From Clostridiales bacterium (lineage in GTDB: Bacteria > Bacillota > Clostridia > Christensenellales > UBA3700): a DNA stretch of 32,922 nt. The notes under the pieces were generated by a model. That model was not told the origin of the DNA. It worked only from the letters and a program-made list of their open reading frames with translations, and did no database searches. Position 1 is the stretch's first letter. Each line of letters begins with the position of its first letter. The position numbers were made by a program, and so were the translations under genes. Where the stretch lies: positions 30,009 through 62,930 of the forward strand of contig JAAVHQ010000001.1 of assembly GCA_014799645.1 (NCBI GenBank). Reading direction: 5' to 3'. Of this stretch, positions 26,458 to 32,922 are shown in pieces.

Positions 26458-28941
26458 TCACAATATATAAGGAGATTTAATATCATCTTCATATAGAACA
26501 TACAAATGTTGTTTGGCGCGAGTAAGTGCGACATAGTAAAGACGTTGCTCATCTTCAATAGCATCGAGCATGGTTTGTCCAAATATTTCAAACAAATCAT
26601 TGTTTGGATTAAACACGGGGAAGACTCCTTTATTGATGTCTAATAGAATAACAACATCAGATTCTTCGCCTTTTGCAGTATGCACAGTTTTCATAGTTAC
26701 TCGGCTATTGTATTCTTCTTCAGACAAGAATTCAGCGCATACATTTTTTAGTGTATCATTGAAGTCTTTCAAATCTATGCTTTTAATTGTGTTGCTCCTA
26801 TTAAGGATCATTATTTTTTTATTAGGATGGGTCTGTATAATATCGGCGCACTGTTTGAGATATTTTGCCTTGTCAATTCGTTTGCGTTCATTTTCATCTA
26901 GGTATTTAAGGTATACATTGTTTTCGTCTTGAAAATCGCCTATGTATACTTTTGATACGTCAATTTCTTCTATGATGCCGTTTTTAACGTTGCTATGTGG
27001 GTGGCTTCCAGACATGCCGAACTTATCCATAAATCTATTGGCAAACTCAACAATATTGTGTCCGCTTCTATAATTAGTGTGAATATTTAAGAGTTTGGAA
27101 TCGTCATATCGTGAAGCAAAAGTCTTGAAGTATCGCAAATCAGAGCCAGCATATCTATTGATAGCTTGCCAATCATCTCCAACACAAAATACTCTTATTG
27201 ATTCATTTCGGCTTATAATTGCAGCAATAAGGTAGTCAAACAATTTGCTGAAATCTTGATATTCATCAATTAAAATCCATTTGATATTATTGATTTCTTC
27301 ATCTAATTCACCATTTAGAATGTGTTTGCTTGCTTCATATATTGTTTGATTGAAATCGTAATCATAATGATTGTATTTTGCTAATTCTCCAACATTGTTA
27401 TCACTGGATAATACTGAAAAATATTTGAGGTATACTTGATAGCCTAGTCGATAGAATATCTTAGTTTTTTCATCTTGTATATATTTTGCATGCTCAATAA
27501 ATTGATTGAGGTTGGTGTCATCAAAATAATTTTGTTGGAGTTTATTTATGAATTGCTCTATAAGTTTTGTGAAACCATCCAAGCATCTTTTCCAAGCTTT
27601 TTCGTGCAACACCTCATCTGGCAATTTTTTAGGGGATATACCATGAGAAAGCATAATTTTATATAACTCACGTTCAACATCTTCACGTTCTAATGAATTG
27701 AATTGTTTATGAGTTGTTTCGATAAATTTAGCAATTGATTTTACACTTTGATTGTATTTTCCAATATTAGATATTCTTTGGCGCCAATTACCGCCCCAAA
27801 ATCTCTGTTTCCAATTTTTATTAGAAATATAATCAGAATAGTTACCAACAGTTTTTTCAAAATTATCAACTTCGTCTTTTGCTTCGTTGCCCGTCACTGC
27901 CCAATGTTCCCAGATAATATTATATTTTGGCAAATAGAAATCGGGGACAATTTCCTTTTTCTCTTGAAGAAATGCACTTAAATCTTTAATTTCCGCGCTA
28001 GTTAATTTAGCATTTTCCAAAGATATTTTATATGGGTAGTAACTTCTTTCGTATATATAATCGATGCCGTGCTCAAAGAAAAAGTCGGCAATATATTTTT
28101 CAAGTCGTGATTTAACCGTTTCGTTATTTAGGGTAGTGTATTGACTATTCTTTAAATACTTATAGTAAGATTCAAGACTATTAAAACTTTTTCGATCAAT
28201 TCGCAAAGTATCTTTTCTAAAGAAGTCGTATACAGATTGTGAAAAGCTCTGTTTAGTGGCTTTTAATTCATTAATAATCTCTTTTATTAATCTAGTTTTT
28301 TCTTCTAATATTTTAGGGCGTTGAAGCGTGCGTAAGGCATAGGAGTGGAATGTGCTTGCTACTTCACAAATTTCATATTTAGCAATATTATCAATTTTGC
28401 ATTGTGTTGCTAATCTGTTATTAATTTCTTCGCTAGCATCTTTATTAAAGCAAAAAGCCAAAACATTGTCAGCGTCCATGTTTTGTTTTTCAAATAAATA
28501 TATTAATTTGCCAATTAGAACTCTTGTTTTACCAGAACCGGCGCGTGCAGTAACAAGGGTATTATGCTCAGATAAAATGGCGTTTAGTTGGTCAATGTCA
28601 AGATTGAAAGCTGCGTCATTGAATTTCACATGTCCCACAAAATACTTTTTCAGTTCGTCTCTTTGTTGCCTTAATGAATTGATTTGTGCAGTAGGGGATT
28701 TTGAAGAAGATTCGGCATATTCGGGATTATCAACCGTCATTTCGCCTGTCTCGAATGCACATCTAGCAATCCACCTTTTAGGTTTGCCATCAAAATTTAC
28801 TATCATTGCATTGTTAGATTGTTTACGTGCGCTAAATACTATTTCATATGGTTCATATATGACATTGCAAAATATAATGGGAATACCTTGATATGTTCCA
28901 GTCATTCCATCTCTAATAATTATCTTCTTCTCTTGTGGCAT
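26458..28941 (-). CDS. UvrD / helicase-IV-like SF1 helicase with an inserted PD-(D/E)XK-like nuclease domain
   Basis: ARAGSGKT, IDEYQD, VGDDWQAI, TVHTAKGEE, YVALTRA; insert KSRLEKYIADFF..YE..PDFYL..IWEHW. Confidence 0.85.
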   Translation of the reverse strand: MPQEKKIIIRDGMTGTYQGIPIIFCNVIYEPYEIVFSARKQSNNAMIVNFDGKPKRWIARCAFETGEMTVDNPEYAESSSKSPTAQINSLRQQRDELKKYFVGHVKFNDAAFNLDIDQLNAILSEHNTLVTARAGSGKTRVLIGKLIYLFEKQNMDADNVLAFCFNKDASEEINNRLATQCKIDNIAKYEICEVASTFHSYALRTLQRPKILEEKTRLIKEIINELKATKQSFSQSVYDFFRKDTLRIDRKSFNSLESYYKYLKNSQYTTLNNETVKSRLEKYIADFFFEHGIDYIYERSYYPYKISLENAKLTSAEIKDLSAFLQEKKEIVPDFYLPKYNIIWEHWAVTGNEAKDEVDNFEKTVGNYSDYISNKNWKQRFWGGNWRQRISNIGKYNQSVKSIAKFIETTHKQFNSLEREDVERELYKIMLSHGISPKKLPDEVLHEKAWKRCLDGFTKLIEQFINKLQQNYFDDTNLNQFIEHAKYIQDEKTKIFYRLGYQVYLKYFSVLSSDNNVGELAKYNHYDYDFNQTIYEASKHILNGELDEEINNIKWILIDEYQDFSKLFDYLIAAIISRNESIRVFCVGDDWQAINRYAGSDLRYFKTFASRYDDSKLLNIHTNYRSGHNIVEFANRFMDKFGMSGSHPHSNVKNGIIEEIDVSKVYIGDFQDENNVYLKYLDENERKRIDKAKYLKQCADIIQTHPNKKIMILNRSNTIKSIDLKDFNDTLKNVCAEFLSEEEYNSRVTMKTVHTAKGEESDVVILLDINKGVFPVFNPNNDLFEIFGQTMLDAIEDEQRLYYVALTRAKQHLYVLYEDDIKSPYIL

Positions 28942-29040
28942 ACATTCCTCATTTATATTATTATAACATTTATACTAATAAAAAGCAATGATGAATCGTA
29001 TTGAGTTTTACAATGGGGAGGGTTAATATTGAGAAACAAC

Positions 29041-29071
29041 AAAAAGTGAGATGATTTCCATCTCACTTTTT
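29041..29071. terminator. Intrinsic (bidirectional-type) terminator downstream of the tRNA
   Basis: AAAAAGTGAGATG-ATTTC-CATCTCACTTTTT perfect inverted repeat. Confidence 0.8.
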
Positions 29072-29103
29072 ATATTTGCCGACCAGACACATATCGGCTA
29101 AAA

Positions 29104-29192
29104 TGGCGGAAGCGGAGGGATTCGAACCCCCGTGGGCTTGCACCCAAATGGTTTTCAAGACCACCTCGTTATGACCACTTCGATACGCTTCC
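29104..29192 (-). tRNA. tRNA-Ser, anticodon UGA, intact with encoded CCA
   Basis: GGAAGCG...GTGGT-CTTGAAA-ACCAT, long variable arm, GGTTCGAATCC, CGCTTCC-GCCA. Confidence 0.95.
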
Positions 29193-29420
29193 AGATTGAT
29201 TATTAAGTTTTTTTGAAAAAAATATTTTGTAGATTTTTTTGTGGAATCCTACGTCTTGGCAGTTGCCGTGTAGAATTCTTTGACCTACTTTGGTTTGCCG
29301 ATATAGTGCTAAGGGCGGTTTGCCCATCGGCACGAGTCGGATGTTTTGGGGAAGTTCATAAGTGGTAGGGCAGGACTTGTGGATTGATTTTGTAGGTTTG
29401 TCCCTTTGATATCAATTTCC

Positions 29421-29460
29421 TTTCAAGACCGCCTCGTTATGACCGCTTCGATACACTTCC
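29421..29460 (-). pseudogene. 5' half of a second tRNA-Ser(UGA), truncated at the anticodon loop; probable attachment junction
   Basis: GGAAGTGTATCGAAGCGGTCATAACGAGGCGGTCTTGAAA matches the intact tRNA at 37 of 40 positions, then diverges. Confidence 0.85.
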
Positions 29461-29516
29461 ATATTAGTGGGATAGGGCGTTTGGGGACGCCGTATCCGCA
29501 TTTGTTTGTATTTGAT

Positions 29517-29545
29517 ATTATAGCAGACAGAGGAGTTGCTGTCAA
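29517..29545 (-). promoter_or_regulatory. Consensus sigma-A promoter upstream of the tRNA half
   Basis: On the minus strand: TTGACA (29545-29540), 17 nt, TATAAT (29522-29517) with an extended -10 TG. Confidence 0.85.
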
Positions 29546-29566
29546 ATGATTTTGGGTTGAGGGGGA

Positions 29567-30088
29567 TTAGATATCGTCGTCCTCGTCTTCTTCCTCTTCA
29601 TCGTCGAGGTCGGACGTGTCGACGCCGTCGATGTCGTAGTTGAAATCGTCTTCGAAGTCGTCGTCTTCGGAAACGGACTCTTCTTCCTCTTCATCCTCTT
29701 CTTCGTCCTCGCCGCTGACAAATTCGCTGTCGGCAAAGCCGTCGGGGTCGTCGAAAGAGTCGTCGTAGATATCGAATTTGTCTTCGGATTCTTCTTGTTC
29801 GAGTTCGTCAAAAGAGATAACTTCGACTTCGCTTTGTTCTTCCTCGCGAGCATTGGAATCGCTCTCGAAAGTAGCGTCGTCTTTTTGCTTGCTTCTGCAT
29901 TCGGCGCACATTCTCTCGCCGTGTTCAATATAATTGACGCCGCAGACAGGGCAGAGCATATCCTCGTCTTCGTCTTCAAGCAAAGTAAAGCCTTCGACGC
30001 CGAGTTCCGCCTTGCATACGTCGCAATATTCGTCTTCTTCGAGAATCCAGTTGAGTTCGCATCTAGGACACTTAATATATTTTCCCAT
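29567..30088 (-). CDS. Hypothetical protein with four CxxC pairs and a very acidic C-terminal tail
   Basis: CPRC, CDVC, CPVC, CAEC, then a D/E-rich tail; SD AGGAGG. Confidence 0.85.
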   Translation of the reverse strand: MGKYIKCPRCELNWILEEDEYCDVCKAELGVEGFTLLEDEDEDMLCPVCGVNYIEHGERMCAECRSKQKDDATFESDSNAREEEQSEVEVISFDELEQEESEDKFDIYDDSFDDPDGFADSEFVSGEDEEEDEEEEESVSEDDDFEDDFNYDIDGVDTSDLDDEEEEDEDDDI

Positions 30089-30203
30089 AATCCCTCCTAG
30101 TCGATAGAAAAAGTTATGTATTCAATGTTTAGTATTATATGCATAAAAATAAGATTTGTAAACACTTTTTCTAAAAAAAATTCAAAAAAATTTCAACTGC
30201 GAA

Positions 30204-30239
30204 AAAATCGACAAATCCCTCGCGAGATTTGCCGATTTT
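30204..30239 (-). terminator. Probable terminator after spo0A
   Basis: AAAATCGACAAATC..GATTTGCCGATTTT imperfect inverted repeat, followed by a T-run on the minus strand. Confidence 0.55.
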
Positions 30240-30274
30240 CAGGGTGTATTGGGGTTGTAAAAGTCTAAATAGTA

Positions 30275-31063
30275 TTAAGCGCCTTCCATAATCATTTTGT
30301 CAGCGAGAAGTGCAATGAATTCGCCGTTGGTAGGTTTGTCGTTGGCGGTATAGATTTTAATGCCGAAAATAGTGTTGATGTTTTCTATTTTACCTCTATT
30401 CCAAGCGACTTCGATAGCGTGTCTAATCGCTCTTTCGACTTTGGAAGGGGAAGTATCGAACTTGTCCGCGATTGACGGATAGAGTTTCTTGGTGATACTG
30501 TTGATAATTTCAGGGCTGTCGATTGCCATTTTGATTGCTTCTCTCAAAAACTGATAGCCCTTTATATGCGCAGGAATTCCAACGGAAATAAATATATTGG
30601 CAAGTTTTTCGTCAAGATTGCGTTGAGAGCGTTTGACCGCTTGTTGGATAAGACGGTCGTCGAGTTCGGCAGGTTTATTGGCTACCGGAAGTCCGCCGAA
30701 TTCCTTGACGCGGTCTTTGAGTACTTGCATATTTACAGGTTTGACGAGATAGTAACTTGCGCCGAGCATAATTGCTTTGTTTATAAAGTTTTCGCCGATA
30801 AGTTGCGATGCGATAATAAAGTTGGGTTTCTTTGTCATTTTGCTGTAATCTATATTTGAGAGTACGCCGAAGCCGTCGACCTCGGGCATAATCAAATCAA
30901 GAATGACGACGTCGGGATTATAGGTTTCGATTTTATGTATAGCGTCCAAGCCGTCGCGCGCCGACGCTACCACTTCAACTTCTTCGTCCTCAAAATAACT
31001 TTCTTTCACGTTGGCGATAAACTCTTCGCTGTCGTCAATGACCATGAGTTTAATCTTTTTCAT
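30275..31063 (-). CDS. spo0A: Sporulation master regulator Spo0A
   Basis: Receiver domain (LDLIMP) plus GIPAHIKGYQFLREAI, ITKKLYP, SKVERAIRHAIEVAW, KPTNGEFIA; SD GGAGG before the ATG at 31063. Confidence 0.97.
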   Translation of the reverse strand: MKKIKLMVIDDSEEFIANVKESYFEDEEVEVVASARDGLDAIHKIETYNPDVVILDLIMPEVDGFGVLSNIDYSKMTKKPNFIIASQLIGENFINKAIMLGASYYLVKPVNMQVLKDRVKEFGGLPVANKPAELDDRLIQQAVKRSQRNLDEKLANIFISVGIPAHIKGYQFLREAIKMAIDSPEIINSITKKLYPSIADKFDTSPSKVERAIRHAIEVAWNRGKIENINTIFGIKIYTANDKPTNGEFIALLADKMIMEGA

Positions 31064-31245
31064 ATTGTTCCTCCACAAATTTTTTTAAGTATCTACATTT
31101 TATTATGTCGCAAATATTCTTTCAATGTAACGGACAATCGAAAATTGCCGTTTTTGAGAAAAAATTGCGAAAATTATTGCAAAGACGATAAAAAATTTGT
31201 AGAAAATCGTTTTTATAATTTTTTTAGGCGTGTTATAATGGATTT

Positions 31246-31563
31246 ATGGAAATTAAGGACATACTCAAAAGTATCAGAAAAGCAAGCAAAATCAGTCAAA
31301 GCGAGTTGGCGAAACAACTCGGCATAGGTCAAGCGACGATATGTCAGTGGGAAAGAGGAGTTGCAAAACCCACTTGCGACGGCATAATTGCGCTCAGCAA
31401 GTACTATATGGTGTCGGCAGATTTTCTTTTGGGCATCAATGAAGAGATGCACGGTTCGGAAATCGGCGAGGAGTATTCCGAGCTTATCGGCAGATACGAC
31501 AACTTAACGCACGAGCAAAAGCGACTTATAATAGATATAATGAAACAAATGAAAGATTTATAA
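31246..31563 (+). CDS. XRE-family HTH transcriptional regulator
   Basis: LKSIRK...SQSELAKQLGIGQATICQWERG..KP...VSADFLLG. Confidence 0.9.
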   Translation: MEIKDILKSIRKASKISQSELAKQLGIGQATICQWERGVAKPTCDGIIALSKYYMVSADFLLGINEEMHGSEIGEEYSELIGRYDNLTHEQKRLIIDIMKQMKDL

Positions 31564-31571
31564 TAATTTTG

Positions 31572-31599
31572 TTGACTTTTGCGGAAGAAGTTGTATAAT
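31572..31599 (+). promoter_or_regulatory. Sigma-A type promoter for the transporter
   Basis: TTGACT, 16 nt, TATAAT. Confidence 0.6.
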
Positions 31600-31616
31600 C
31601 TTAGGCGGAGATTAAG

Positions 31617-32570
31617 ATGCAGGAATTCAAGACTACTTTGATAATGGTGGGTATAATGTTGGCTTACGCCGTACCCGGATATATTTTGGTGAAAGTGAAG
31701 TTTGTCAAATCGGACAATATCTCGGCTTTTTCCAAAGTACTAATGTTCGTATGTCAGCCAGCGCTCACTTTGTATTCGTTCAACAAAGCGGAATTTTCCA
31801 AAGAGTTGGGCATAAACCTTCTTATATTTTTGGCTATAATAACAATCGCGCAGTTGATATTTATAGGTATATTTTATCTTATATTTCGAAAGAAACAAAG
31901 CGACATAAGATACCGTATCGCGACGATAGCGACCACGTTGTCCAACTGCTCGTTTTTGGGCGTACCGCTCTTGGAAGCAATCTTTCCGGATTCTCCCAAC
32001 GTGGCGGCATATTCAATGATGTATTTTCTCTCAATGAGTTTGCTCGGCTGGACGTTGGTATCTACAATCATAACACGCGACAAGAAGTATATAAATATAA
32101 AAAAGATTCTTATCAATCCCGCGACGATTTCAATCGCGATTTCATTGCCGTTTTTCTTAACGGGCTTCAAGATAGGTAGCGAGAACGGAGAAGTGTTGGG
32201 ACAAATCGGCAATATGATTTCCGTGCTTGGCAAAATGACGACGCCTCTTTGTATGTTGGTAATGGGTATGCGACTTGCGACGATTAAAGTCAAAAGTCTG
32301 TTTACCAACTGGTTGCAATACGTTTCGGTTGTGATAAATCAATTCATATTCCCGCTTTTCGTATTGGCGATTTTATCAATTTTCAAAGTGGATACGGAAC
32401 TTAAATGCTGTATGTATATTATGTGTTCGTGTCCGGTCGCATCTGTGGTTCAAAATTATGCCGAACTTCTCGGCGAAGGTCAGGACGTCGCCGCAAATAC
32501 GGTGCTACTCGGCACAATGTCGTCGATTGCGACTTTGCCGATAATGGCGCTTATGTTAAACGTGATTTAA
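31617..32570 (+). CDS. AEC (auxin efflux carrier) family permease
   Basis: About ten hydrophobic segments; QPAL, SN.SFLGVP, NPATI, TTPLCM..MG, CPVA. Confidence 0.88.
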   Translation: MQEFKTTLIMVGIMLAYAVPGYILVKVKFVKSDNISAFSKVLMFVCQPALTLYSFNKAEFSKELGINLLIFLAIITIAQLIFIGIFYLIFRKKQSDIRYRIATIATTLSNCSFLGVPLLEAIFPDSPNVAAYSMMYFLSMSLLGWTLVSTIITRDKKYINIKKILINPATISIAISLPFFLTGFKIGSENGEVLGQIGNMISVLGKMTTPLCMLVMGMRLATIKVKSLFTNWLQYVSVVINQFIFPLFVLAILSIFKVDTELKCCMYIMCSCPVASVVQNYAELLGEGQDVAANTVLLGTMSSIATLPIMALMLNVI

Positions 32571-32591
32571 GTGATTTAGGAAAAATCGTTT

Positions 32592-32922
32592 TTAGAACAA
32601 TTCCTTTTTGAATTTTACCGAATCTTGCGGAGTAAGTTTTCTTATTACTCGGCAGGGAACGCCTGCGGCGATTACGCCTTCGGGAATATCTCTCGTGACT
32701 ACGCTGCCGCTTGCGATAACTGAATTTTTGCCTATCGTAACTCCGCCGTTGACAATAACTCCGCTTGCAAGCCAGACGCCGTCGCCGATAGTGATTGGCT
32801 TTGCATATTCGAGGTCGTAAACGCCGTCGGGGTATTGCTGAATGGCTCTCTCGCTCGCAAGTAGCGGATGAACGGGAGTTGCTATCGTGACGTTTGCGCC
32901 GAACATTACGTTGTCGCCGATA
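32592..32922 (-). CDS. Sugar O-acetyltransferase (maltose/galactoside type), 5' part outside the window
   Basis: HP..LEYAKPITIGDGVWL..GVTIGKNSVIASGSVVTRDIP..AAGVPCRVIR hexapeptide repeats. Confidence 0.9.
   Translation of the reverse strand, partial: IGDNVMFGANVTIATPVHPLLASERAIQQYPDGVYDLEYAKPITIGDGVWLASGVIVNGGVTIGKNSVIASGSVVTRDIPEGVIAAGVPCRVIRKLTPQDSVKFKKELF

Larger units (their letters stand above)
1..29460. mobile_element. Integrative defence island inserted at tRNA-Ser(UGA); left boundary not seen and may lie outside the window
   Basis: Clustered defence genes, an excisionase plus tyrosine integrase, a tRNA 5' half at 29421-29460, and a visible shift to more GC-rich housekeeping DNA beyond it. 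Confidence 0.75.

Noticed and set aside
29193-29420. Group I intron in the tRNA anticodon loop
   Set aside because: The size fits, but the insert is followed by a full tRNA rather than the missing 3' exon, and no core motifs were seen
29542-30100. ORFs 29542-29979 (-) and 29795-30100 (+)
   Set aside because: Alternative-frame artefacts of the low-complexity acidic gene

Overview
Most of the window (<1 to ~29.4 kb) is an AT-rich defence island in a spore-forming Clostridia-like host. The island ends at a broken tRNA-Ser(UGA) gene, and ordinary chromosome follows (acidic Zn-ribbon protein, spo0A, XRE regulator, AEC transporter, sugar O-acetyltransferase). One ~20-kb co-oriented gene run encodes type I BREX (brxA, brxB, brxC, pglX, pglZ, brxL), then Pycsar, then Gabija. 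After that come a ~85-bp-period repeat array, an excisionase-integrase pair, a highly structured RNA leader before a SLOG gene, AbiH, a small PHxH protein and a helicase-IV-like gene. The main unusual feature is pglX, which is split into four ORFs at domain boundaries. These are a methyltransferase core ending just after a G6-T-G5 tract, two alternative target-recognition (TRD) cassettes that both stop at the same HPLI residue, and a separately translated C-terminal part, with RAMA and TIR genes inserted before it. Between the two TRD cassettes are two mutually exclusive RNA hairpins, one of which hides the ribosome-binding site of TRD2. I infer a recombinase-free BREX specificity switch: a frameshift chooses between a fused TRD1 and a TRD2 supplied in trans. 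All family calls come from motifs read by eye; no searches were run.
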